From assembly GCA_965112735.1 (NCBI GenBank), contig OZ218950.1:2418001-2482000 (forward strand): a stretch of DNA of 64,000 nucleotides, written 5' to 3'. The stretch is from Phaeosaccion multiseriatum (Eukaryota; Protista; Ochrophyta, other classes). The translations under genes and the position numbers were made by a program. Shown piece after piece: positions 1 through 11,324 of the stretch. Position 1 is the stretch's first letter. The number at the start of each line of letters is the position of its first letter. The notes below the pieces were generated by a model. The model saw only the letters and a list, made by a program, of their open reading frames with translations, was not told where the DNA came from and made no database searches.

Positions 1-3000
1 CTTCCCTCCAGCAGCATGGACCAGAAAGCGTCGGGACTGTCTGCGCCTCCAGGGAAGCGGCACGCCATGCTCACTATTGCAAGCGGGGCAGAAGCGTCGC
101 CCCCCCCTTGAGGCGATGGCATCATCCTGGGCAGGCGCAGGCTGCTCGCACATCCCTCCATAAGCGCCGAGCCCAACCACTCCGCCAAGGCCGCCACGGT
201 GGGGTGGGCGAAGAGGGCGGCACTGCTAACGGGAATGTCCGTGAGCAGGTGCAGACGCTGCCTCAGCTCCATGAGCGCCAACGAATCCATGCCAGCCTCC
301 ATGAGAGGCTTGTCCATGTCGATGCCGACAGAGCCTGCCGTGCTAGAGAGGGCGATGTCGGAGATGACGGATCGAAGCCTCTCTTGGCGTTCAGCTGGAC
401 TGACACCGCGGAGCTCTGCTGCCAAGGAGTTTCCGGCCGCCGATGTCGGTGGGGCGGGCAGCAGCTTGAAGGCCTTTCTGCTCGTGAACGGGGAGGCTCT
501 GACGTTGGTCTTCTCCGCTTGTGATATAGCCGTCCCCTCCAGGATGACGTGGGCGTTGACACCACCAAACCCAAAGGAGTTTACAGCTGCAAAAGAAGCA
601 GAAGTAGCCACAGCGAGCAGAAGGGTATGGTGAGAACGGGTTCAGCAATTTACCATCATACTATAGCTCATACTCTCTAAAGTCCTCTTTGACTTGTCCC
701 GAGAAGAAGCGAGTGAGTGAGTAAGAGTGGGTGAGTGAGTTATTGGGTGGGTGAGTGAGTGAGTGAGTGAGTGAGTGAGGGAGTGAGTAAGTGAGTGAGT
801 GATTGAGGGAGTGAGGGAGAGAAGGAGGGAGGGAGTGCGTGAGTGCGGGAGTGAGTAAGTGATTGAGTGAGTGAGTGCGTGAGTGAGCGAGTGGGTGAGT
901 GAGTGGGTGAGTGAGTGAGTGAGTGATCACAGGAAACGTTTTTGAGTAAGGGCCCCAACGCACCTCCGATTCGGGTGGAGATGGGGGTCATGCGTCCGGG
1001 GATGGGCAGCAGAGCGCTGTTGCCCTCCGTTTTCAGTGCAGGGTTCAGCGTGGACAAGTTGAGGTTGGGAGGCGCTTGGACATGCCTGAGCACCAGCACC
1101 GTCTTGATGAGCCCCGCAATGCCTGCCGCAGCCTCCGCGTGACCAAGGTTGGTCTTGATCGCTCCAACGACGAGACGGCGGGCTGTCGCCAGGTCGTGGT
1201 CTCCGTAGGTGCCGGCGATGGAAGCCCACTCCGTGCGGTCCCCGAGCGGCGTGCCCGTGCCGTGCGCCTCGATGAAGCTCACGTCGGACAGAGCGATGCC
1301 CGCCTCTGCTACGGAGTCCAAGACCGCGGCCTTCTGTGCCGCTTCGTTGGGGGCGGTGAGGGTCGTGCCGAGGCCCGTGTGATTGATGCAGGAGCCTCGA
1401 ATCACCGCCAATATGTTGTCTTGGGCCTCTATGGCGTCTTCGAGGCGCTTTAGCACGACGGCGCCACAGCCCTCTGCTCGCAGCCGCAGGGCACACGCAG
1501 CAAATGGAGGTGACTGGAGGGTGAGCTAGGGGGTGGTCGAGCCGTGCTCATCAGGCTCATAAAAAAAGGACAATCTCAGACCCAAAGAAACACTCCCTGC
1601 TCATCCTGCACTTATCTCCTCCCTTATTTCCCCCCCTTCCTCTCCCTTTCCCTTTCTCCCTGTCTGTGCCCCTGCTCCTCTCCATCTCTCCCTGTCTCGC
1701 CCTCTCCCTCTCTCTCTCCCGCTACTACCTCTCTCGCTCTCCCGATCTTTCTCTCCATCTCCCCTTCTCTCCCTCCCTCTCTCATTCCCTCTCCCTCTCC
1801 CTCTCCCGCTCCTGCTCCCTCTCCCCCTGGCGCCTCTCTCCTTCTCCCCGCCTCCGCCTTTCCGTCTCCCTCTCCCTCTCCCTCTCACCGCCCTCCTTGC
1901 GGAGCTGGAAAGGGCCGTGAATCAGAGCGCTGCGGCAAGCAAGCTCTACCACATGCCAATCTCATTCTCGTCCTTCTAGTCTTCTATACAGTCTCGCAGG
2001 CGCCGCTCGTGCTCACCTGCCCGCACGTAGCCGTTGGCAGCGGCATCAAAGACCATGCACTTGTCTGACAGCAAGTGCAGCGATGACATGGCGGAGAAGG
2101 GCTCGGGATTGGTCATGATGGATACTCCTCCGGCCAGGGCCATGTCGCAGTCGCGGCTTTGGAGGCCTCGGCAGGCCTGGTGCACGGCCACGAGAGAGGA
2201 GGAAGAGGCCGTGTTGATGGTCTGCGAAGGTCCAGTCAGACCGAGGGCGTAGGAGACCCGATTGGCCACGAGAGCCTCTGAAGCGCCCGTAGCAACGTAC
2301 GGTCCAGGAGCGTGGGACTGCATTTTGGACATCCAGTCTCCGTTGCCGCACCCGATGAACACTCCTGGACGTTCGAGAAGAGGACTTTGTGGTGAGGTAT
2401 GTGGTGAGGTCAGTGACCATCAGAGCATCAGAGCATTTCTCTCCCGCTCCCTCTTCGTCTGATTCTGCTTGCTATTTGCTTCAGTCATCACAACTGAAAG
2501 GGGTACATCGACCCACCTGTTTTGCTCTCAAGAAGAGCTTCCTTGTCAAGCCCTGCGTCGCGAAAGGTCTCGTAGGCCACCTCCAACATGACTGCGGGTG
2601 TTAAGGAGAACAGCAAAGCAGGTGAGACCTTGTTGGTTTTACTGAAGACGAAACAACTCCGAGTCACACAAGGAGAGGATTGTGATGCTTGCTTTGCTTA
2701 CCTCGCTGCTGAGGGTCCATTGCGGATGCCTCCGGGTCAGAGATGTTGAAGAAGACGTTATCGAACAGCTCTACGTCGGGGAGGAAGCCTCCCCGCGTGG
2801 GGTAACCGCTTTCTCCACGCTTGAGCTTGCCCAAGGCCGCAGGCTCCCATCTGTGAGAGAGACGTGCGCGAACGCGCGAGGAGTGTTTTGGGAGGCGCCA
2901 GCCAGAAGGAGACAAAGATAAGTGTTAGAGCCATGAGCTCTTGACCGTGTGTACAGTGATTCTTCAGCCCTCATACCGTCCGTCCACTACCATCCCAACT

Positions 3001-3471
3001 CCCTCCCACCCAACCACTCCAGCAAGATGTGCTGCGGTGGCAGGAGGGGGCGGGGGCAAAATGCTAAGCGCCGTGATGCACGCTGCCCATCATCTCCAAG
3101 GTTTCGTCGCCCAGACCCAACCACCGCCCACTCACGCACCTATCTGTGGGCATGTCTGTGATGCCGCTGCCCTCCCTGCAGAGCAGGTCCCACAGCTCAG
3201 GAACAGAGTTGGCACCTCCAGGGAAGCGGCAGGCCATTCCAACAATGGCGATGTCGCCACAACGATGGCCGCCTTTCTGGCTTCTCATTGGTCCGCTGCC
3301 CATGTTTGGGTGCGTGGGGGAGAGAGGCGCCCTTCGAACCTCGTCCTCTTTGCCTGCTGGCACTGGTGCTGCTGGTGCTGCGGGTGTCTCCGCCGCCGGT
3401 CCCTCCTCCCCCACACCTGTTGCTGCACCCTCAGGCTGATCCTGCACCGGCTCCTTGCCGGGCCCGGGCAT
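1..3471 (-). CDS. Giant modular PKS, copy B, 5' part (KS1[Cys->Ser]-ACP1-start of KS2); continues beyond left edge
   Basis: Hand-spliced exons 3471-3140, 2850-2702, 2591-2517, 2364-2017, 1473-964, 586-<1, all GT-AG and phase-consistent. Motifs IAIVGMACRFPG, MDPQQR, NTASSSS, EAHGTGT, KTNLGH, NSFGFGG, ACP GMDSL. Near-identical to 38266-41881. Confidence 0.93.
707..927. repeat. (GAGT)n microsatellite in intron 5 of PKS copy B
   Basis: Imperfect GAGT/GGGT tandem array; the homologous array at 38975-39335 is longer. Confidence 0.9.
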
Positions 3472-5634
3472 TCTCTCTCCTCCTTGGCCAGATCCAACGC
3501 TGGAGGGGCAAGTGAGCAAGCATGGGAGTAACGATGGTGAGGCAGAGGGGAGGGTGAAGGTCTCCCTGTGGTCTGGCCCCTTGGAGGAAAGGGATCGAAA
3601 GGGAGTCATGAGGAGAGGCGGGGGGGGGGGGCAGAAACAGAGGTTTATGGGCCGGTCGTGCTTCGTTCCCTTCCTAGCTTGTGGTGAAGACACTCCTTGG
3701 GATGGCCTGAACATCATGGCTGTGTTGCATGTGCAATTTTTCCGGGTGCCAACCCAAATAAAATAAATAAAAGATGTCAGCTCTCATCCCCACCTTTTTT
3801 CTTCTCCTCTCCCCTGCTGTGCTGTTGTTGTTATCCTCCTGCCTTCCTCTCCTCTGCCGCAGCGAGTGTGGTGTTTATCTTCTTGAAAACTTATTAGCGG
3901 CAAGCCCAAGGAGGAGATCAAGTTTTATTTTATTTTTTAACGGAAAACGATTCGTATCCATGCAGGATCCAAGGGTTCTTCTTCCCTAACCACTTTAACC
4001 ACTTTAAACCCCCCCCGAGGATTTTACGGTTTTGGACGAGGGCCGAAATCGTCGATTTAAAACCCCCGTCAGAGGGTTTTAAGGCCGTCAAACGGGCCGT
4101 CGTCTGATCCCGTTCGCTACATCTGCGATACTACAGCGGGTCGCCGGCGAGCGGGTGCCTTCTGTTAAATTCTTCTCCCCGCTTCGGAACGCGGCAGCGT
4201 CCCCCCTGGGAGTGCCGCCAGCCCCGTCCGCCCCGTGGCTGCTGGGCTGCCCCATGCTGCCCTTGCCGTGCTGAGCACTTAAAAGACTTGTAACAACTCT
4301 TGCAACGCTGAACTTGCGGTGCCTCCTCTTCAGACCACAAAAACACGGCTGATCTGAAAAAAGATACGCCTCGTATAAAGTCCCGGATCCCGTTCTCGTA
4401 GAGCGGCGTCCCCCGGAAACTTTTGCTGTCGCTGCCAGCCCCTTCTACGCGGTGAACTGCTGGGTTGCCCCCTTCGCTGTCTTCCTCACCGCGCTGAGCT
4501 CTTCGGCACTTGCTACAACTCTTGCGACGCTGTACTCGCGTCGCCTCCTCTTTCCACAGTTGTGAATGCTAGATTCTTGCTATACCCCGGTGGGATGAGC
4601 GTCTTACGTGGCCGTGCGGGCCGTTGGGCCCTCGCGTCAGTCGGCGCGGCCTATCCTTGCCTCCATCCGATCTTTCTGAGTGCCTGTCCTCCCCTACCTG
4701 AAAATACGTTTTTCGCTCTATCGACTCGTAAACTCGTGCTGTTCGAAAAACTACTTTTTAAGGCCGTCAAACGGGCCGTCGTCTGTGGCCCTTTTCGTAC
4801 GGTGTAGGCATCGACAGTGGCAGAAATTGCGGGTATATAGTCTCTGGGTAGTCTTGGTATAATACTGTCCCATGCCAGTCTCCTGCTGTTTTTTTTTCGG
4901 GGGGGGGGGGGATAAAATTAATGACGGTTTCATCGTTGGCATATTTTACTCATGGGTTTGGCGGGGCGCGGGGTGATATCACAAGAGGAGACCGGCTCAT
5001 GTACCAGTACCAGTAGCGGCATGGCGACGATAAGACGTGTTAGCGTTGTGAAAGCGACCAGAATGCATTGTTTGGGTTGGCCCTGTAGCTGAGCTGCTAA
5101 GCCCCTCTTAATAAAGGTTCCCAAATTGAAATTCGAATTGAATACTCGTGAACCCTGTTTTCAGAGTCGGGGAGGTGTGCTTTCTTCTCTGCTCACACTG
5201 TACACGACCCAAGGCCCTCTCTCAGCCCACTCAGAGGCCTTTCTACGGTTTTTTCGCCTTCTACGGTTTATCGGCGGCCAAAAAATTTCCGCCGCGGGCG
5301 GCGACGCTTTCCAACTAATTTTATCGGTGTGGCCTAGCTACTGCAGCAGTGCGTAATTCGTATTCCCTCGGTCGCCGCAGAGGCTAAACTAGGCTTCGCA
5401 GTGGAGCCCGCCGGAATGGTGGGCGTCACCCACGTAATTGATGGTCAGTCTTTGTGTCAGGGATTAGTGGCCGCCGACTGAGGTCCAGAGGTGGTGCGGA
5501 GGTGGAGGGGGGGTCCAGTGGGATGGCGTGAGGGAGTGTGAGAAGCAGAGGGAGGGAAGTCTCTCGCTGAGGCGCGAGAAGCCTTTGGCTCCGTAACGGC
5601 TTCGGAAGGTGGTAGCAGGCGTTAGGCTAGGCTA

Positions 5635-8600
5635 TTGGCCGGCCAAGCCGGCCCAAGCGCCTGCTGGGCCGATGCTGTTGGGGGGGGGGCTGTGGCGTCT
5701 GGGGGTGGTGCTGGGGCTGCTTGTCCCGTCCGTGAGTTTATGGTCAAGCACACTTGCTGTGGGTCGAAGCAGAAAAGGCATAAGAACTTACGTCTGCCGC
5801 AGCTGTTGTGGAAAGAGCCGCCGCGGCCGCACGGCGCGCAGACGAGGGCGACGGCATCGAGCGAGGAGCAAGTGCTGGATGGTGGCTCTGGTGCGGGACG
5901 ACAGCCTCCTACTGCGGCTGAACGAAAAAGGGAGGCCGCCAGGGAGGAGTGGGAAGTGCAAGAGCTTGGCAAGGTGGAGGTGGTAATGGAACGAGACTTC
6001 ATGGGTACGACGCTGGACGAGGCTGCTCGAAGGTCCGCCGCGCACATGGCCCGGGGGATGGAGAAGCTGCTTTGGGATGAGGGACGCGACCTGACGGAGG
6101 GGGATTGTCTGCGGGTCCTCCTCAAGGACCTGGCGGTGGAGCTCGTCGGGTGGGCGAACGATGGGATTAGGAACGGGGCAGACCGGATTGACATAGAGGA
6201 GATGTGGGACTTCATCGGTGTGTTCTTCTACTTGAGCACGGTGAAGGTGTCGCTGGCCCGGGCCTTTGAGGACTGCCGCCGCGCGTGTCCGCACGCACGC
6301 CTCCTGAGCGTGGAACGATTTAGATTCGTCTTCGCACACCTCTCCCCTTTTCCGGCTTCCAATACTCAGGTGAGGGTGGCACAGGCGTGCGCATGTGGGA
6401 GGTGGGGGGCTCGGGAGAGTGTGGTGAGCGATGGACTTTACGCTCCTCTGGTCGCCCCCGCTTCGATGCTTATATGGGTGTGCGTAGGTGGACGCGACTT
6501 CCACTCCCATGCCTTCCTAAGCCAAGGTTCCTTTGTCTCCTGTCTGCTCTGATACTGCTCACTCCTGATGGTATCCGAGTGGTGACGCCGGCACAGTCCA
6601 GTGGGTCCGATGACGTACTGTGACGACTTTGAGAGGAAGGTGCTAAGCAAGACCCTCCGGTACCTGTTCAACCCTTCCAAATCAAACGGAGTGATTGACG
6701 ACGAGCTCGTGAAAACCAGATCCAAGGGTGTTCCACATCTAAAGCGGAACCCGCGGAAGGCGGGCAAGGAAGGCTGTGGATGGACATCGCCGCTGAGGCA
6801 GCTTAGCTCGTGTACTTCGCCGTTAGGTGCGTTCACTGGGGTGACGATGGATCTGAGGGGGGGATGGCAATGCTCTGCTGTCTCTGTGCGTCTGAACAAC
6901 ACTCTTCGGGTCCTGTCACTCCTCCGAACATCCCCTTCGCGTCGAATCAGGCTGGACCGGCAAGGCGAGGATACGAAGACGCGTGTGCGTCCTCCAACAC
7001 AGCACCCTGGAGAAGGCAGTGGAGACCATGTCCTGACTGTCGGTCGGGGCTTCGCTAGCGAGGAGCTCATAAGCTTCGTTGCAAAGTCCCTGGGCATCAG
7101 TATCTGCACCATTGCCAAGTCCAACGTCGCCTTCCACCCGTTTGTCTCGGAGTTGTCACTATGCACCCCAAACGCCCGAGGGTGAGTAAAGCGCATCCGA
7201 TTGCTGTTGGACGTAGCCCACGATACGCGCTGTATTTACAGATGATGTCTTCTCCAATGGTACTGGCCCTCCCTTCCCTCCTCCCTCCCTCCCTCCCTCC
7301 CTCCCTCCCTCCCTCCCTCCCTCCCTCCCTCCCTCCCTCCCTCCCTCCCTCCCTCCCTCCCTCCCTCCCTCCCTCCCTCCCTCCCTCCCTCCCTCCCTCC
7401 CTCCCTCCCTCCCTCCCTCCCTCCCTCCCTCCCTCCCTCCCTCCCTCCCTCCCTCCCTCCCTCCCTCCCTCCCTCCCTCCCTCCCTCCCTCCCTCCCTCC
7501 CTCCCTCCCTCCCTCCCTCCCTCCCTCCCTCCCTCCCTCCCTCCCTCCCTCCCTCCCTCCCTCCCTCCCTCCCTCCCTCCTTCCTTCCTTCCTTCCTTCC
7601 TTCCTTCCTTCCTTCCTTCCTTCCTTCCTTCCTTCCTTCCTTCCTTCCTTCCTTCCTTCCTTCCTTCCTTCCTTCCTTCCTTCCTTCCTTCCTTCCTTCC
7701 TTCCTTCCTTCCTTCCTTCCTTCCTTCCTTCCTTCCTTCCTTCCTTCCTTCCTTCCTTCCTTCCTTCCTTCCTTCCTTCCTTCCTTCCTTCCTTCCTTCC
7801 TTCCTTCCTTCCTTCCTTCCTTCCTTCCTTCCTTCCTTCCTTCCTTCCTTCCTTCCTTCCTTCCTTCCTTCCTTCCTTCCTTCCTTCCTTCCTTCCTTCC
7901 TTCCTTCCTTCCTTCCTTCCTTCCTTCCTTCCTTCCTTCCTTCCTTCCTTCCTTCCTTCCTTCCTTCCTTCCTTCCTTCCTTCCTTCCTTCCTTCCTTCC
8001 TTCCTTCCTTCCTTCCTTCCTTCCCTCCCTCCCTCCCTCCCTCCCTCCCTCCCTCCCTCCCTCCCTCCCTCCCTCCCTCCCTCCCTCCCTCCCTCCCTCC
8101 CTCCCTCCCTCCCTCCCTCCCTCCCTCCCTCCCTCCCTCCCTCCCTCCCTCCCTCCCTCCCTCCCTCCCTCCCTCCCTCCCTCCCTCCCTCCCTCCCTCC
8201 CTCCCTCCCTCCCTCCCTCCCTCCCTCCCTCCCTCCCTCCCTCCCTCCCTCCCTCCCTCCCTCCCTCCCTCCCTCCCTCCCTCCCTCCCTCCCTCCCTCC
8301 CTCCCTCCCTCCCTCCCTCCCTCCCTCCCTCCCTCCCTCCCTCCCTCCCTCCCTCCCTCCTTCCTTCCTTCCTTCCTTCCTTCCTTCCTTCCTTCCTTCC
8401 TTCCTTCCTTCCTTCCTTCCTTCCTTCCTTCCTTCCTTCCTTCCTTCCTTCCTTCCTTCCTTCCTTCCTTCCTTCCTTCCTTCCTTCCTTCCTTCCTTCC
8501 TTCCTTCCCTCCTTCCTTCCTTCCTTCCTTCCTTCCTTCCTTCCTTCCTTCCTTCCTTCCTTCCTTCCTTCCTTCCTTCCTTCCTTCCTTCCTTCCTTCC

Positions 8601-10495
8601 TTCCCTCCCTCCCTCCCTCCCTCCCTCCCTCCTTCCTTCCTTCCGTCCCTCCTTCCTTCCTTCCCTCCCTCCCTCCCTCCCTCCCTCCCTCCCTCCTTCC
8701 CTCCCTCCGTCCTTCCCTCCCTCCCTCCCTCCCTCCCTCCCTCCTTCCTTCCTTCCTTCCCTCCCTCCCTCCCTCCCTCCCTCCCTCCCTCCCTCCCTCC
8801 CTCCCTCCCTCCCTCCCTCCCTCCCTCCCTCCCTCCCTCCCTCCCTCCCTCCCTCCCTCCCTCCCTCCCTCCCTCCCTCCCTCCCTCCCTCCCTCCCTCC
8901 CTCCCTCCCTCCCTCCCTCCCTCCCTCCCTCCCTCCCTCCCTCCCTCCCTCCCTCCCTCCTTCCCTCCCTCCCTCCCTCCTTCCTTCCCTCCCTCCCTCC
9001 CTCCCTCCCTCCCTCCCTCCCTCCCTCCCTCCCTCCCTCCCTCCCTCCCTCCCTCCCTCCCTCCCTCCCTCCCTCCCTCCCTCCCTCCCTCCCTCCCTCC
9101 CTCCCTCCCTCCCTCCCTCCCTCCCTCCCTCCCTCCCTCCCTCCCTCCCTCCCTCCCTCCCTCCCTCCCTCCCTCCCTCCCTCCCTCCCTCCCTCCCTCC
9201 CTCCCTCCCTCCCTCCCTCCCTCCCTCCCTCCCTCCCTCCCTCCCTCCCTCCCTCCCTCCCTCCCTCCCTCCCTCCCTCCCTCCCTCCCTCCCTTCCTTC
9301 CTTCATTCCTTTCTTTCCTCCGTCCTTCCTTTCCTCCTTCCCTCTCTCCTTCTCTCCTTTCCTCTCCCTCTCTCTTCCTCTCCTTCCCCGTCCCCACCTC
9401 TCTCCTTCCGTCCCTGCCCCTCGCTGTGTCTCTGCCCACATGTGCCCCTTTCTCTCTCCCCTCTATCCCCCCCCCCCCCGCCCCGCCCGCTCCCCCTCCC
9501 TCTCCCTCGCCAGCCGTCCCTTCACTACCATACCATGATGTCCTGTCTCCCCACCACGAACACAACGGGCAGGCTCGCCCCCCGAGTAGGCTCGAAGAAA
9601 CACGTCATGCGCGATGCACGCGGGAAGCACTCCGTCCTCTGCTGGCTCTGCAGGCAGGGTGTCGAAGTCGAGCGTGCAGTGTGACACGTGTGGCGCCTTT
9701 CTGTGCCACCAGCCCCCGAAAGACAACCGGACATATGCGTGCAGCTTTCTTTGGCACAACACGAAGAGGCTAACGATACCGCGACAGCCAGTCAAGAAGG
9801 GGGGAAAGGGCGGCGGAGGAGCAGAGGGGCGCCGCGGCGACTCAGCGCCCGCAGCTATGGAGAGAGGGGGGGGGGGGGTGCACAGGTCAGACTCGGCGAC
9901 TGCACTCCTCACCCCGGTGAAGCGACGGTCAGCGCCCCACGCAGTGCAGGACCCACTCTCCGCCGACGACAGCGACAGCAGTAGCTTGACCTCCGCCGTC
10001 ACTGGCCCCAGCAGGGTCGAGTCGAAATCAACTGGAGCAGCGAAGCGACGTCGCACGGAGCCGCCAACCGAGGCCGTAGGCAAGGGAGGGCCGAATACGC
10101 AGAGGCGGGACGGAGGCATCGGAGATGTCGGAGGGAGCACAGAGGCAGGGGTGGGCGCGGAGGAGGGGAAGCTCGCAAAGGGGGGGGGGCGTACGAGGCA
10201 CAGAAGGGAGCGCAGCAGGCAGGGATGGCGCGGAGGGATGGCGCGGAGCGCGAAGGGAGGCATGGCAGGGGGGCAGGGGGGGAAGCGAGTCGTGGCGGAG
10301 GAGGGAGCACACCATCCAAGGGGGGCAGCAAAGGGAGGCGTGGTGGAAGAGGGAGCACAAGCACGTCAGGGGGGGAAGGAGGGAGGCGGGGTGGGGGGGG
10401 GGGGGCAAGTGGAGGAGATAGTGGTGCCGCTAGCAGAGGGAAGACCCCTTCCGGAGGCGGAGGAGGGAGTGGAAGTGGAGGTGGGGGCACAGTAG
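5635..10495 (+). mobile_element. Decayed piggyBac-like (DDE_Tnp_1_7-type) transposase pseudogene
   Basis: EEMWDFIGVFFY...LSVERFRFVFAHL (N-terminal block). VIDDELVKTRSK...NPRKAGKEG (first catalytic Asp and KPxKxG-like block). HVLTVGRGFASEELI...GISICT (second Asp block, Asp->Gly). C-terminal Cys-rich domain CWLC / CDTCGAFLC...CSFLWH at ~9630-9775. Frameshifts and stops present; element termini not identified. Confidence 0.7.
7268..9300. repeat. ~2 kb pure polypyrimidine microsatellite of alternating (CCCT)n and (CCTT)n blocks
   Basis: CCCT ~7270-7580, CCTT ~7581-8022, CCCT ~8023-8360, CCTT ~8361-8604, then mixed and CCCT to ~9290. Confidence 0.97.
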
Positions 10496-10744
10496 GGGGT
10501 GATTCGAGGACGGCGCCGGCTCACGGCACTGGGAGAAGCAGAAACCCCCCCCCCCGCCTTCTCGCAGGGGTGCTCCTACGGTGACGCCTGCAAAGCCGTC
10601 GGACCCACTGCCCTCGACGCCTGCTAAAATGACAAAGACCAATGCGTTAGAACTTCACACCACGTGTGCACGGTCGAGTACGCGGCTGCAAAGGGGTGAC
10701 GAAGACGCGTGCGACCGCCGCTGCAGGCCCGGTGTCGACGCCAC

Positions 10745-10913
10745 AGGATGTGGCCTGCTCCTTGCTTGCCCTTCCATTTTTTTTTGGCTGCTGCACTGTG
10801 CTCAGAGCCGCTCCAAACGAATCCTCAGAGCTCTTCCCGCGCGTGGCTGAGGGAAGGGATCCACGCCAGCCCCTCGCGACGCTCGCACTTGGCTCCCATG
10901 CTGCTCAGCACAG
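10745..10913 (-). pseudogene. Orphan fragment of the PKS acyltransferase C-terminus
   Basis: ...CCAGCCCCTCGCGACGCTCGCACTTGGCTCCCATGCTGCTCAGCACAG and its flank match ~29525-29674 (AT3) and ~19885-19986 (AT5), with indels. Confidence 0.85.
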
Positions 10914-11324
10914 CACCCCAGGGAGAGAGAGACGAAGGGCTTGTGTACTCACACAGATGAGGGCGTTTACTGACGGTCGAGGCGAGCAGATAGAGTAACG
11001 TAATCTCAAGAGCCTGTGGGTATTAATTTGTCTGTCTCTTGTTAGGGGGAGATACCTGGCGACTTTTGCGTCTTGATGACTGATATGTTGCCTGCAGAGA
11101 CACTCGACGCTCCTCTATGGACTAGTAAAAACACATTACACTGCTTTGCTTCCCTCCCTCTTTTGCTCCGATCGAGTCTCCTTGACTATTTCCATGATAA
11201 GCAAGTCAAGGGCCCTTCCCTGCAAACCTTTTAGAGCTGTACTACAGCTGTATATACAACAGAGCGGCTTGCACTCTGAGCGATACAATAGACTGAAACC
11301 CGTCGGGGCCTCGCTCCAGCAGTC

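Noticed and set aside
3985-4017. CCCTAAC.../TTTAAACCC as a telomeric repeat or piggyBac TIR
   Set aside because: Too short and irregular for a telomere array, and I could find no matching inverted end near 10.6-11.0 kb.
7097-9773. 760-870 aa ORFs (EGGR/PSLP repeats)
   Set aside because: They are translations of stop-free microsatellite, not genes.
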